DNA of 64,000 nt from Nitrosopumilus sp. (GCA_965249555.1 OZ252243.1:1504001-1568000); one strand, 5' to 3'. Counted from the first letter of the stretch, positions 9,533 to 20,395 are shown. Numbers and translations are program-made. Notes: a model not told the origin generated them from the sequence alone.

Positions 9533-11767
9533 TTAACGTAGAATATCTTCTTCAATATACTCTATGAATTTTCCAGTGTTTTCTAGTTTAATTGAATTGA
9601 TTTCTTCTAGGTTGTTAAAGAAATTCATCTTTAGATATCCCTCAGATGCAGTATACAAGACATCGTCAATATAGAATGTCCTTGCACTTCCCATTCCATA
9701 ATAATGTGAATCATCAGCAGAATGGGTAATTGTTCCTTTAAGATTGAATCCATCTGAACTATCCAAATCAAATACATAGAATCCATTCCAGCGATTGTAA
9801 TCTGGTGCAAACATCTTGGAACTTGAAATTCCATTCAGACTTTCTGCATATCCACTAATTGGAATTGAGAGAACTCCTCTTGTTTTATCAAAGAAGAATG
9901 CCTTGTGGTTGTTTAATGCCTCTGAATATGTAGAACTATCCCCTATGATTACGTCATCTGCAACTTTTGGATTATTGACATCTGCAACATTAAACAATGC
10001 AATTTTAATTCCTAGCTGCTGAACTCTGCCATTTTCCATTTCTTTTGTGTCTCTGCCAATTCCAATAATGTATTCTTCATCATATGGATGCAAATAGTTT
10101 GAAAATCCTGGAATTTTCAACTCTCCTAGAATCTTTGGAGTATCAGTTGACAAATCAATTACAAAGAATGGATCAATTTGTTGGAATGTTACCAAGTATA
10201 GTCTATCATCCATGAATCTAGCAGAAAAAATGCTCTCATCAGGTGCAATTTGGTCTAGTCCGCCTACAATGTTGAGCTGCTCATCTAAGATGTAAACTGC
10301 ATTTGCACGAACAATTCCCTGATATTGTGTATAGTGTTCGGTGGTAGTTGCAACTCTAAATCTATCTCCACTTTGATCCATAGAGAATTGGTTTAACAGT
10401 CTGCCTGGAACTGAACCCTTTGCAGCATATTCTATTTCACCTTCATCAATTGATATTTTATGAATAATTGTTTTTCTTGTCTCTTCTTGGATTTTTGCAT
10501 CATATTCATTTAGTGCATCTCTAATCTCATCAAATAATCCTTCCTTGTCATCTTTGCCCATTTCATTATATGATTTTTGCATTAGTTCTGAGATTTTTAT
10601 CCACTGTGTAGATGAATTCATTGAAGAATCATTCTGAATTATTTTAATTTCATTTTGAATGTCATTTGGCAATAATGGTACAACTACATCAAAGAATCTA
10701 TCACGTGATGAATTCTCGTAAAATCCAAATGGTATATTTTGTTGGTATGTCAAGTAAAAATTATCTTCTGAGACATAAAATGATCCACTGTATCCCATAA
10801 GGAATGTTTCTGAATTTACTGTATCTCCAAATATATCAATTGCAGTTAGTGTGTTAAAATTTGAAAACTGTTCTACATTATCAAAATAAAATGCATCAGG
10901 AGTCATGATCCTAACTGAACTCTCCATAATTACTGGAAGTTTTGGGTATTGATAGTCAATGTTGCTGTTGGTGACAAAGTATGCATAATCTCCAATCATT
11001 CGTGCATCTCTGAAATGACCGTCAATGGAATAATCTTTGAGAATAGTCGGATTCTCTTTATCTGATACATCGATAATTAGTGCATGTGTAACTGAGCTGT
11101 AAGAACGGCGTGGAACAAAGTCAAACTGTGGAATTATCTCATCATCGCTTTGTCCATTGTAAAATATCACTAATCTATCATCATTTAGGAACATATTCTG
11201 GATATACTGTGATTCAATGTCTAATGCAATTTTGAGAATTAATTTTGCAGACTCTGCTGGATATGCATCGATAATTGAAAGTGTATTTCTTGATACAATG
11301 TATACATATTTTGAATCATTTTTGAGATAGTCTGGTTCATCAACGTTTTCAACTTGTACATTTGTAGTTGAATAATCCGAACCGCCAGATTCTGTTTTAG
11401 ATGCTGTATCAAAAGATCCTAATGGCATTCCTCCTGGAGCAGATACTGGAGCACCTATTGTCACAGCCATTTCAGACATTGCAAATGATGCATCAATCCC
11501 AGTGCTTGCCCAACGGTCTCTGTTGTCGTAGAAATGTCCTCCTAGTAATGCCGATGCTTCAAGAATATCCTTTAATTCTTCTTGTGATGATATTTTTTTG
11601 ATATCATGTGTTCCTTCAAAATATTCTGAAACTGATTTATCTACATAAATTATCTCAGGTGTGGGAATTTGTATAACTTGAGGTTGTTGATCATAGTCAA
11701 TTGAATACATTATTCCCACTGTAACTAATACCGAAATGGCAACTGCAATTATAATTTTTGAACTCAT
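9533..11767 (-). CDS. Membrane-anchored secreted beta-propeller domain protein (Beta_propel family)
   Basis: YSTTNVQVENVDEPDYLKND, GRLLNQFSMD, RVATT, LVTFQQIDPFFVIDLS, GELKIPGFSNYLHP motifs. Confidence 0.85.
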   Translation of the reverse strand: MSSKIIIAVAISVLVTVGIMYSIDYDQQPQVIQIPTPEIIYVDKSVSEYFEGTHDIKKISSQEELKDILEASALLGGHFYDNRDRWASTGIDASFAMSEMAVTIGAPVSAPGGMPLGSFDTASKTESGGSDYSTTNVQVENVDEPDYLKNDSKYVYIVSRNTLSIIDAYPAESAKLILKIALDIESQYIQNMFLNDDRLVIFYNGQSDDEIIPQFDFVPRRSYSSVTHALIIDVSDKENPTILKDYSIDGHFRDARMIGDYAYFVTNSNIDYQYPKLPVIMESSVRIMTPDAFYFDNVEQFSNFNTLTAIDIFGDTVNSETFLMGYSGSFYVSEDNFYLTYQQNIPFGFYENSSRDRFFDVVVPLLPNDIQNEIKIIQNDSSMNSSTQWIKISELMQKSYNEMGKDDKEGLFDEIRDALNEYDAKIQEETRKTIIHKISIDEGEIEYAAKGSVPGRLLNQFSMDQSGDRFRVATTTEHYTQYQGIVRANAVYILDEQLNIVGGLDQIAPDESIFSARFMDDRLYLVTFQQIDPFFVIDLSTDTPKILGELKIPGFSNYLHPYDEEYIIGIGRDTKEMENGRVQQLGIKIALFNVADVNNPKVADDVIIGDSSTYSEALNNHKAFFFDKTRGVLSIPISGYAESLNGISSSKMFAPDYNRWNGFYVFDLDSSDGFNLKGTITHSADDSHYYGMGSARTFYIDDVLYTASEGYLKMNFFNNLEEINSIKLENTGKFIEYIEEDILR

Positions 11768-11915
11768 TTTTTCTCCTCACTTTTTTCAGTTATTGTTTTT
11801 TTTGAATACTGTAATTTAGTGATTACTACTATTTTGTAGTTTGAGATAAAAGGTTTAGTGAAATTGAAATTTTACCAAACAATTTACATATGCCTGGTTT
11901 ACTCTATCAACTCTA

Positions 11916-12731
11916 ATGCCTGATGAAATTTCTAACGATGATCTAACTGAAAAAATAAAAATTCTTGCCACCGATGATGAAAAAATAAAGTCCTTCGGTG
12001 AGCTATTTTCAAATGATTCTAGTCGTAAAATTCTTCAATTACTCTTCAACGAAGAGTTGACTGCAACCCAAATTGCTCAAAAGACTGACATTTCACTTCA
12101 GCTTGTAAAATATCATCTTATCAAACTTCAAGATTTGGGAGTGGTAAAAATATCAAAGATTGAAAAAAACTCCAAATCACAAGACATGAAGATTTACTCT
12201 GCAACAAAGTTTAGTATTATTATTGTACCGCCAAAATTTTCAGAAAAAACAAAAGAAAGTAAATTACTTGTTCGTTCATTTAGACATATTTACAAAGTTG
12301 CAGGACTTGGGATTGCAACTGGCATTTCAGGATTGTTTTCATTATCAATGTTGCAACAAGACAAACAAATTTCTGTAGATGATAATGTTGCAAGTGAATT
12401 TTCTTTAAGTGAAGAATCTGCTAAAGCATTTGAAAGGACTGAATCTATTGCAGCTGATGAATCTGAAGGAAATTATATAATATCTTCCCCTGTAACTGAA
12501 TCTATTGCAGCTGATGAATCTGAAGGAAGTTATATGGCATCTTCCCCTGTAACTGAATCTCAGGATTTTACTGATTCTAATTTAGATATTATACCTACTG
12601 CAGGTGATGTGGCTTTTGAAACATTAGTGATGTCTGATTTATTCATTCCATTTATTATAATTACAGGAATTCTTGCTGGACTGACAGTTTACTACTTGCA
12701 GAAATCATTGAAAAATTCTAGTTCAAAATAA
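11916..12731 (+). CDS. ArsR-type winged-HTH regulator with C-terminal TM helices and acidic linker
   Basis: SRKILQLLFNEELTATQIAQKTDISLQLVKYHLIKLQDLGVV HTH; two hydrophobic segments. Confidence 0.8.
   Translation: MPDEISNDDLTEKIKILATDDEKIKSFGELFSNDSSRKILQLLFNEELTATQIAQKTDISLQLVKYHLIKLQDLGVVKISKIEKNSKSQDMKIYSATKFSIIIVPPKFSEKTKESKLLVRSFRHIYKVAGLGIATGISGLFSLSMLQQDKQISVDDNVASEFSLSEESAKAFERTESIAADESEGNYIISSPVTESIAADESEGSYMASSPVTESQDFTDSNLDIIPTAGDVAFETLVMSDLFIPFIIITGILAGLTVYYLQKSLKNSSSK
12438..12560 (+). repeat. 57-bp in-frame tandem repeat (about 2.2 copies; TESIAADESEGxYxxSSPV)
   Basis: Units start at 12438, 12495 and 12552. Confidence 0.9.
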
Positions 12732-12732
12732 T

Positions 12733-13056
12733 TTATGCAGAATCAAGTGTTACTTCGATAGTTACTCTTTTTTCTTTTGCTCTCTCTTCTCCAGGATATT
12801 TTAACTGGGAAATTTTTTTACTCAATTCTTCATCTGTTACCAGCTTTGCTTTTCCTGAAAAAACAAAATCATTATATTCTATTTTGACTTCAGAATTTGT
12901 TAATGCATTTTTGAACCAGTCGCCATCTGGTTTGTGTCTAGAAAAGTAAATTTTTCCCTCATAGTTGACTGCACGAAGCATTACTGAATGCTGTTTTCCT
13001 GAATTTCTTCCCTTTGTGGTGAGAATTGGTCGGAACAAATCTTCCTTTATCTCCAT
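12733..13056 (-). CDS. Split-barrel flavin/F420-dependent nitroreductase-like (DUF385) protein
   Basis: LTTKGRNSGK...DWFKNALTNSEVKI motif. Confidence 0.7.
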   Translation of the reverse strand: MEIKEDLFRPILTTKGRNSGKQHSVMLRAVNYEGKIYFSRHKPDGDWFKNALTNSEVKIEYNDFVFSGKAKLVTDEELSKKISQLKYPGEERAKEKRVTIEVTLDSA

Positions 13057-13144
13057 ACCTGATTTTTTTCTGTCAAGTAATTTAACCCCATTGCAAGAAA
13101 TTTCTGATATCTGGTATGATAAGCAAATCTGTTCATTTCAGTTC

Positions 13145-13597
13145 ATGTCAGTAAAACTAGAAGGAATGCCCACAAAATTTGCAACTGCAGACTCCTTTAC
13201 TGGAAAAAAAGTCATAGACCGAGAGGGAATTGAATATGGCAAAGTCAAACACATACACATTAACCAAGACACACTCACCGTATGTGGTGTGACAATCCGC
13301 CAAGGATTCAACAAATATTACTATCTTTCAAATGACTATATTGACAAATTTTCTGAAGAAACACTACTTCTAAGCAGACCACCTGTTAGAACAAGAATCC
13401 CAGTAGTTGATATCGATCGTCATAAAATTGGCAAAGTAAAGCGATTACACAAACATCCTGATACTAGTGAATTGGAATCAATTGAGGTCTCTTATGGTTT
13501 GATTCACTCTAAGATACTATCAAAATCAGAAATTTGGGGCGTGGGCGAAAAAGTCATTTTAAGAATGACCAAAGAAGAATTCAAAAAAATTGAATAA
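13145..13597 (+). CDS. Tandem PRC-barrel domain protein
   Basis: FTGKKVIDREGIEYGKVKHI and PVVDIDRHKIGKVK; ATG at 13145 (the ORF-track extension overlaps the upstream gene). Confidence 0.8.
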   Translation: MSVKLEGMPTKFATADSFTGKKVIDREGIEYGKVKHIHINQDTLTVCGVTIRQGFNKYYYLSNDYIDKFSEETLLLSRPPVRTRIPVVDIDRHKIGKVKRLHKHPDTSELESIEVSYGLIHSKILSKSEIWGVGEKVILRMTKEEFKKIE

Positions 13598-13632
13598 TTC
13601 TTTTAAACTTTTTTCAAAATAACGTTTTTTGA

Positions 13633-13731
13633 TTAATCTGTTTTTTTAGTACATACTGCACAAACAGGAATTCCATCTTGAACTGTTATTTCGACATTTG
13701 ATGACTGACATTTATGGCAAAGTCCTTTCAT
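13633..13731 (-). CDS. 32-aa zinc-ribbon micro-protein (not in ORF track)
   Basis: MKGLCHKCQSSNVEITVQDGIPVCAVCTKKTD: CxxC...CxxC. Confidence 0.6.
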   Translation of the reverse strand: MKGLCHKCQSSNVEITVQDGIPVCAVCTKKTD

Positions 13732-13802
13732 GAAATGAATTCTCAAAACACTCTTTAAATTTTTTATGAGGATCGACTGAATCAATACTTAGCAATTTAT
13801 AA

Positions 13803-14819
13803 TTGAAAAATGCGATCAAGGTGTTGAATTCAATAGAACTCAAATCACTCACAAAGTCATTTGGAGATGTAATTGCAGTTAATGATATCTCTCTTTCAGT
13901 AAAAAATGGAGAGATCTTTGGATTTTTGGGACCTAATGGTGCTGGAAAAAGTACTACGATAATGATTCTCACTACTTTGTTAAAACCAACATCTGGTCAA
14001 GCTTTGATTTCTGGGTTTGACGTAATGACTAATGCAAAACAAGTACGAGAGAATATTGGATATGTTCAACAAGAGACAACTGTTGATGAGTATCTAACTG
14101 GAAGAGAAAATCTTCTACTCCAAGCAAAACTTAATCATATTCCCAAAAACGAAATCAACAAAAGAATTGACGAACTCTTGGAATTAATTGAACTCTCTGA
14201 GAAACAAGACAAACCAGTTGGTACCTATTCTGGTGGTATGAGAAAAAGATTAGATATTGCAGGTGGCCTTTTGCATAGACCAAAAGTGTTATTTCTTGAC
14301 GAGCCTACAGTTGGATTAGATATTCAAACTCGTAGAAAAATTTGGGAGTATATCAAAAAAATCCATGACGAGTATGAAATGACAATATTTCTAACTACTC
14401 ACTACATGGAAGAGGCAGACAAACTATGTGACAGAATTGGAATAATTGATGGTGGAGAGATTCAGGTAATTGACTCTCCAGAAAACATGAAAAAAGCAAT
14501 GGGAAATGAGGTTATTTCAATTATTTTAGAAGGAGAAAATCGTAATTCTTTCTTATCTGAGATTAAAAAAATTGAATTTGTAAATAAGATAAATGAAGAT
14601 GGATCTAAGATTACTCTTTTTGCATCAAATGGAACTAAAGTAATTCCAAAAATTTTTCAGATTTCATCAGAACTCAACATCAAAATTACTTCTATCTCAC
14701 TCACTCAACCAACACTTGATGATGTGTTCATCTCTTACACTGGACATGAAATTAGAGATGATGATTCTGGGTTCAATCGAAAACGTGAACATGCAAAGAT
14801 GAAGAGGTTACGTGCATGA
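13803..14819 (+). CDS. ABC exporter ATP-binding protein (DrrA-like)
   Basis: GPNGAGKST, YSGGMRKRL, FLDEPT. Confidence 0.92.
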   Translation: MKNAIKVLNSIELKSLTKSFGDVIAVNDISLSVKNGEIFGFLGPNGAGKSTTIMILTTLLKPTSGQALISGFDVMTNAKQVRENIGYVQQETTVDEYLTGRENLLLQAKLNHIPKNEINKRIDELLELIELSEKQDKPVGTYSGGMRKRLDIAGGLLHRPKVLFLDEPTVGLDIQTRRKIWEYIKKIHDEYEMTIFLTTHYMEEADKLCDRIGIIDGGEIQVIDSPENMKKAMGNEVISIILEGENRNSFLSEIKKIEFVNKINEDGSKITLFASNGTKVIPKIFQISSELNIKITSISLTQPTLDDVFISYTGHEIRDDDSGFNRKREHAKMKRLRA

Positions 14820-15601
14820 ATACTTTGATGTATGATACTTGTACAATTTTTTGGCGAGAGTTAAAGAGATACCAAAAATCTAGGAGCGGTGTTTTGATTC
14901 GATTAATCCAACCTGCAATTTGGATTATCGTAATTGGAAATACTTTTTCAGGAACTCAACCATTAATTCAATCCGTTGGTTTTCAGGGAGACTATATTGA
15001 ATTTATGGCACCTGGTGTCATTGTTCTTACTGCAATTTTTACTAGTATCTTTGGAGGTGTCAATACATTATGGGATAGACGATATGGTTTTATGAATAAG
15101 GCGTTAACTTCTCCAATTTCTCGTTCTTCCATAGCTCTGGGAAAAATGTCTGCAATTTCTTTGATATCAGCTTTGCAAGCTAGTTTGATTATAGGAATTG
15201 CTTTAGCAATAGGCGTTACTTTTCCAAATCCCCTTATGATTGCGCCAATTATGGTGATTGTCATTTTGTTTTCATTGGGATTCTCAGGAATTTCTGTAAT
15301 GGTTGCAGCCACTGCAAAGTCTCAAGAAACCTTTTGGGGTGTGATTAATTTTCTTGGAATGCCACTATTCATGATAAGCCCTGCATTATTCCCCTTGGAA
15401 TTATTACCTGATTGGCTTGCAGCACTTGCGAAACTAAATCCTGTTACTTATACCATTTTACTGGTAAGGGAAATGATGACAGGTGTATCTGAAGGTGGAA
15501 TTCCGATATTATTTAGCCTTGGGGTTCTCTTTGTGTTTGTACTTGTAATGATTGGTCTTGCAAGCTATGTGTTTACGCGTGAAGTAAACAAACCATTTTG
15601 A
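14816..15601 (+). CDS. ABC-2 type permease
   Basis: Six TM segments; LPDWL..LAKLNPVTY; ATGA overlap with the ATPase gene. Confidence 0.9.
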   Translation: MNTLMYDTCTIFWRELKRYQKSRSGVLIRLIQPAIWIIVIGNTFSGTQPLIQSVGFQGDYIEFMAPGVIVLTAIFTSIFGGVNTLWDRRYGFMNKALTSPISRSSIALGKMSAISLISALQASLIIGIALAIGVTFPNPLMIAPIMVIVILFSLGFSGISVMVAATAKSQETFWGVINFLGMPLFMISPALFPLELLPDWLAALAKLNPVTYTILLVREMMTGVSEGGIPILFSLGVLFVFVLVMIGLASYVFTREVNKPF

Positions 15602-15671
15602 CATAAAGTTGACAAAAATTGTTACATTTTCAAACTATGGTATGTTTCTCTAATTTTGCCATTATGATTTA

Positions 15672-17264
15672 TTGAAATTAACCCTTGCAGTAATGGCATT
15701 TTCTGTACTATTATTAGCTAATTCTTTTGCACAGAGTTCCTTTGGACTTGGAAATTACGACTTTATCTCTGAATGGGGCTCATTTGGAATTGTAGAACCT
15801 GGACATTTTTCACATCCTCAATTTATTGCAGTAGGTGATGATGGTAGCATCTATGTTAGTGATTTGGGAAACAAACGTATTCAGAAGTTCTCAAGTAATG
15901 GTGAATACATTACTGAATGGGGTAAAAGCGGAAAACAATCTGGAGAATTTCACTATCCATCCGGAATTGCAGTATCTGGTGATTCTGTTTTTGTTGCAGA
16001 TCGTGATCTGAATAGAATTCAAAAGTTTTCACTAGATGGAGAATTTATTATAGAATGGGGCGAAAAAGGAAAACTTGATGGTCAGCTCTTCCTTCCAAAT
16101 GGAATATCTGTACACAATGGAACTGTATATGTATCTGACCCTGGCAATCAAAGAATTCAAATATTTTCTACTGATGGAGAATTTATCTCATCATTTGGTT
16201 CAAGCGGACTTGGAGAAGGTCAATTTCTAAATGTTGTTGGAATTGATGTTGATGCAGATGGAAATGTCTATGTCACTGATAAGGGAAATGGTAAGATTGA
16301 AAAATTCGATGCCAATGGAGAACTAATTAAATCATTTACATTTCGTTCTCTGTATTACGCTTTTTCTCCTGAGGCACTAGCTCTTACTCCAACAGGTGAG
16401 ATGTTTATTGCTAACTCTGCTAATGACAAAATTTTATATTTATCCCAGGATTCTGACTTGAATCTAAATGTGTTTGATCAATTAGGTCCATATTCAAATT
16501 CATTTGATTTTGTTGCTGATATGGCAATTGGAATTAATGGTGAATTACTAGTTATAGATTCTGCAAATCACAAAATTCAATCCTATGAAACTGAATTTTA
16601 TGAAGAACCTGTAATTGTTGAGATTTCTGATGATATTCCTGATGATGTTTCTGATGAGATCATTGAAGAGTCACAACCTGACAAAACAGCGCCTGTAATT
16701 ATCGCTCCAATTTCATTAACAATTGAGGCTACAGATATGCAAACTGTTGTTTCATTTGGCGAAGCTACGGCTACTGATGAAAGTGGAATCAAAGCAATTA
16801 TCAATAATGCTCCAGATGCATTTTCTCTAGGTGTGTCAACAATTATCTGGATAGCTTTTGACAATGTTGGATATTCTTCTAGCGCATTACAAACAATTAC
16901 TGTCAATACTTGTGGGAATACTTATTCTGATTACAACCTAATTGAGGGAACACAAAGCGATGATGTAATTCAAGGTACGGATGGTGATGATCTAATTTTT
17001 GGATTAGCTGGTGATGATGTTATTTCAGGTGGCGGAGGAAACGATTGCATATTTGGTGGATACGGTGATGACATTATTTCTGGAGATGATGGAGATGATA
17101 CAATAAAGGGGAATTCAGGTCATGATATCTTGAATGGGCAGTCAGGCAATGATCTAATTTATGCCAATTCTGATTCTGATACTATTGACGGTGGTACCGG
17201 TATTGATAGATGTTATCCTTCAACTAATTCACAAAGTGATTTGTTGTTAAATTGCGAAGAATAG
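15672..17264 (+). CDS. Secreted NHL-repeat beta-propeller + HYR domain + RTX-type Ca-binding repeats
   Basis: Repeated F.xP.GIAV...YV.D..N.RIQKF; DKTAPVIIAP HYR; GGGGND/GDDGDD nonapeptides. Confidence 0.85.
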   Translation: MKLTLAVMAFSVLLLANSFAQSSFGLGNYDFISEWGSFGIVEPGHFSHPQFIAVGDDGSIYVSDLGNKRIQKFSSNGEYITEWGKSGKQSGEFHYPSGIAVSGDSVFVADRDLNRIQKFSLDGEFIIEWGEKGKLDGQLFLPNGISVHNGTVYVSDPGNQRIQIFSTDGEFISSFGSSGLGEGQFLNVVGIDVDADGNVYVTDKGNGKIEKFDANGELIKSFTFRSLYYAFSPEALALTPTGEMFIANSANDKILYLSQDSDLNLNVFDQLGPYSNSFDFVADMAIGINGELLVIDSANHKIQSYETEFYEEPVIVEISDDIPDDVSDEIIEESQPDKTAPVIIAPISLTIEATDMQTVVSFGEATATDESGIKAIINNAPDAFSLGVSTIIWIAFDNVGYSSSALQTITVNTCGNTYSDYNLIEGTQSDDVIQGTDGDDLIFGLAGDDVISGGGGNDCIFGGYGDDIISGDDGDDTIKGNSGHDILNGQSGNDLIYANSDSDTIDGGTGIDRCYPSTNSQSDLLLNCEE

Positions 17265-17333
17265 ATTATTTCTATATAGTACAATAGACTTTATGTTCAA
17301 ACATATTAATTCTAAATTCTCATTTGAGTACAT

Positions 17334-17963
17334 ATGGGATTGTGGCTATCGTGGATAAAATCCAATGAAACAGAACTCTTAACGATTCTTGATAATTTAG
17401 CAAAAAAAGCAGTTGAAACCTCTGAAGCAGTAGTGGTTTTATTCTCAGATCTAAACAATACTGAACATAGACAAAAAATCCATAAACTTGAAACTGAAGC
17501 AGATGTTTTAACACGTGATATATTTACAGAACTAAACAAGACATTCATCACTCCTCTAGATCGTGAGGACATGCAAAGAATTGCATCAAAAATTGATGAT
17601 GTAATTGATTTCATGGATGGTATTGCTGCAAGAGTATACAGCTACCACATCAATACTGCTCCCCCATACTGTGAAGAAATGGCCAAGGAACTAGTCAAAG
17701 CCACAAAAGAAGTCGAGTATATGGTTTCAAAGCTAAAACACATCAAAAATACTAAAGACATGATTCAACACTGTAGGAATACTAGTGACATTGAACATGC
17801 TGTAGATGATCTGTACAGAGAAGCTATACGAGAACTATTTGAAAGTGATGATGCAATCAAAATCATTAAACTAAAAGATATCTATGAAACAATGGAAACT
17901 GCATCAGACAGATGTGTAGATGTTGCAGATGTCATTGAAGATATCGTTCTAAAATATACTTGA
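17334..17963 (+). CDS. DUF47 / PhoU-like phosphate transport regulator
   Basis: LETEAD...TFITPLDRED...IDDVIDF; adjacent to pit. Confidence 0.9.
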   Translation: MGLWLSWIKSNETELLTILDNLAKKAVETSEAVVVLFSDLNNTEHRQKIHKLETEADVLTRDIFTELNKTFITPLDREDMQRIASKIDDVIDFMDGIAARVYSYHINTAPPYCEEMAKELVKATKEVEYMVSKLKHIKNTKDMIQHCRNTSDIEHAVDDLYREAIRELFESDDAIKIIKLKDIYETMETASDRCVDVADVIEDIVLKYT

Positions 17964-17970
17964 TGGTTCT

Positions 17971-18957
17971 ATGATTGAAATAGCAATAGCTGCAATAATC
18001 ATTGCATTAATATTTGATTTTGTAAATGGATTCAATGATTCAGCCAATTCTATTGCCACAGTTATTGGAACACGTGTTTTAAAACCAATTCATGCAGTAA
18101 CCTTATCTGCATCCATGAATTTTGTAGGTCCTTTTGTTTTTGGTGTTGCAGTTGCTACAACTATTGCAAAAGGAATTGTGAGTCCAGATGACATTACTGT
18201 TTATATGATTATAGGTGGCTTGGCAGGTGCAATTGGTTGGAGTACATTATGTACATATTTTGGATTACCAATTTCTAATAGTCATTCTCTAGTTGGTGGA
18301 ATTATGGGAGCAGGTATTGCAGGATTAGGTTTTGAAACATTAGTTCTTGGTGGTCTTAGTAAAATTTTTACAGGAATAGTCATTGCTCCGATAGGTGGAC
18401 TGATTTTTGGTCTTTTACTTACTGGATTAATAATTACAATATTTGCTAATCGTAGACCTACAGTTGTGAACAAAACTTTTGGTAGATTGCAAATAATTTC
18501 GTCTGCTTGGTTTGCTCTAACTCATGGAGCAAATGATGGACAAAAAACTATGGGAATTATTGTTCTAATTTTGTTTTCAGCTGGAATGATTCCTGAACTT
18601 GAAATGCCACTATGGGTAATCTTTGCAGCTGCCGCTGCAATGGGATTGGGCACTTTCTTTGGTGGATACAAAGTCATTAAAACACTTGGTATGAAAATTA
18701 CAAAACTCAAACCATATCAGGGATTTGCAGCAGAAACTGGAGGTGGATTGATGTTGGCAATTTTTGCCACATTGGGGATTCCTGCAAGTACAACTCATGC
18801 TATTACTGGTACCATTATGGGTGCTGGTGCTGCACGAAGAAAACGTGCCGTGCGTTGGAAGGTAGGTAGGCAAATTGTTTTTGCTTGGATTATTACTATT
18901 CCTGGCAGTGCTGCACTTGGAATTGCATTTACTTATGCGATTCATCTGTTTGTTTGA
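17971..18957 (+). CDS. pit: Inorganic phosphate transporter (PiT family)
   Basis: NGFNDSANSIAT, HGANDGQK, P.STTH signatures. Confidence 0.93.
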   Translation: MIEIAIAAIIIALIFDFVNGFNDSANSIATVIGTRVLKPIHAVTLSASMNFVGPFVFGVAVATTIAKGIVSPDDITVYMIIGGLAGAIGWSTLCTYFGLPISNSHSLVGGIMGAGIAGLGFETLVLGGLSKIFTGIVIAPIGGLIFGLLLTGLIITIFANRRPTVVNKTFGRLQIISSAWFALTHGANDGQKTMGIIVLILFSAGMIPELEMPLWVIFAAAAAMGLGTFFGGYKVIKTLGMKITKLKPYQGFAAETGGGLMLAIFATLGIPASTTHAITGTIMGAGAARRKRAVRWKVGRQIVFAWIITIPGSAALGIAFTYAIHLFV

Positions 18958-19010
18958 TTTTTGCCAATACCTTGGTTTTTATTTCAGCAATTTTTTTTTG
19001 AAATATTCAA

Positions 19011-20096
19011 ATGGAAATTTTACAATTAATACAATCAAATCTTCTTACCCCGATAATTCTGTTCTTTTTGTTTGGAATTATCGCTGCCAGAATAAAGTCT
19101 GATTTAAAAATCCCTGAAGCAATTTCAGAATTTTTACCAATCTATCTTCTTGCAGCAATAGGACTTCATGGTGGAATAGAGATGAGAAATACTGGCTTTG
19201 AGAATATGCTAATCCCCATGGTTGTTGCAATTGGAATTTCGCTTTTGTTTACTTTGAATCATTATCAAATTTTGAGAAGATTAGGAAAATTCAACCTCTT
19301 TGATTCGTATGCATTAGCATCAACTTATGGTGCAGTAGGTGCAGTGACTTTCTCTGTTGGTCTGTCGTTTCTCAAGAACCAAGGTGTCACATCTGAGGGA
19401 TATCTTGCAGCTATTCTGGCAGTATTGGAGCCTGTTGCCTTTATCATGGCAATATTTTTGACAAACATGGCAGTTGCAAAACAAATTCGTGCAAAAAAAC
19501 AGTCTTTCACAAATGATGATGTGTCTGATATTGATATGGGGATGCAAGCAACAAAGACAAAACTTTCTCAAGTATTGCATGAATCAATTACTGGTAAGGC
19601 AATAGTCATTCTACTTGGATGTATTGTTATAGGTTACATAATTGGTGAGGATGGTTTTAGCTCAATCAAAATTGTGTTTGATGGGATGTTTACGGGCGCC
19701 ATTGTTATTTTTATGATTGAGATGGGTATTATTGCTGGTCAAAGACTTGATGATCTCAAAAAAGTTGGTGTTTTTCTTATTGCATTTGCTATAATTATGC
19801 CAACCTTTAATGGAGTTATTGGTGTTTTAGTTGCAACTGCCATGGGATTAAGTTTAGGTGGTGCAGTTATGTTTGGATTGCTTTTGGCTAGTGCATCATT
19901 TATTGCAGCACCTGCTGTATTGCGCAATGCAATCCCAGAGGCAAAACCAAGTCTTTACATTACCTCTGCATTAGGAATTACATTTCCTTACAACATTATC
20001 GTCTTACTGCCTATCATGTTTATTGTCTCATCTATCACACATAATGTAGAAGGATCGATAGACTTATTCCATTACATCACACAGGATTGGATATGA
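19011..20096 (+). CDS. sbtA: Sodium-dependent bicarbonate transporter SbtA family
   Basis: KSDLKIP, YLLAAIGLHGG, YGAVGAVTF, ASASFIAAPA, LGITFPYNI. Confidence 0.88.
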   Translation: MEILQLIQSNLLTPIILFFLFGIIAARIKSDLKIPEAISEFLPIYLLAAIGLHGGIEMRNTGFENMLIPMVVAIGISLLFTLNHYQILRRLGKFNLFDSYALASTYGAVGAVTFSVGLSFLKNQGVTSEGYLAAILAVLEPVAFIMAIFLTNMAVAKQIRAKKQSFTNDDVSDIDMGMQATKTKLSQVLHESITGKAIVILLGCIVIGYIIGEDGFSSIKIVFDGMFTGAIVIFMIEMGIIAGQRLDDLKKVGVFLIAFAIIMPTFNGVIGVLVATAMGLSLGGAVMFGLLLASASFIAAPAVLRNAIPEAKPSLYITSALGITFPYNIIVLLPIMFIVSSITHNVEGSIDLFHYITQDWI

Positions 20097-20395
20097 AACT
20101 CTATAACGTAAAATTACTTACCATCACTTGCGAAATTCTTGCACAAAAAAATATCATTGAAATTTTAAAAAAACATGACATTACTGGATATACAACTTTT
20201 GAAGTAGAAGGAAATGGAGCACGTGGTTTACGTGGTCAAGGTTTAAAAAATGAAAAAAATGCTAAAGTTGAAGTAATTATGAGAGAAGATAAATTATCTG
20301 ATATCGTTGAGGAGATCTCAAGAACAATGTTTGCCAATTTTGCTTTAGTACTTTATGTGAGTGATGTTAGCGTAGTGAGAACTGAAAAATTTTAA
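20093..20395 (+). CDS. sbtB: PII-like regulator SbtB
   Basis: ITGYTTFEVEGNGARG...VVRTEKF; overlaps the sbtA stop. Confidence 0.85.
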   Translation: MKLYNVKLLTITCEILAQKNIIEILKKHDITGYTTFEVEGNGARGLRGQGLKNEKNAKVEVIMREDKLSDIVEEISRTMFANFALVLYVSDVSVVRTEKF

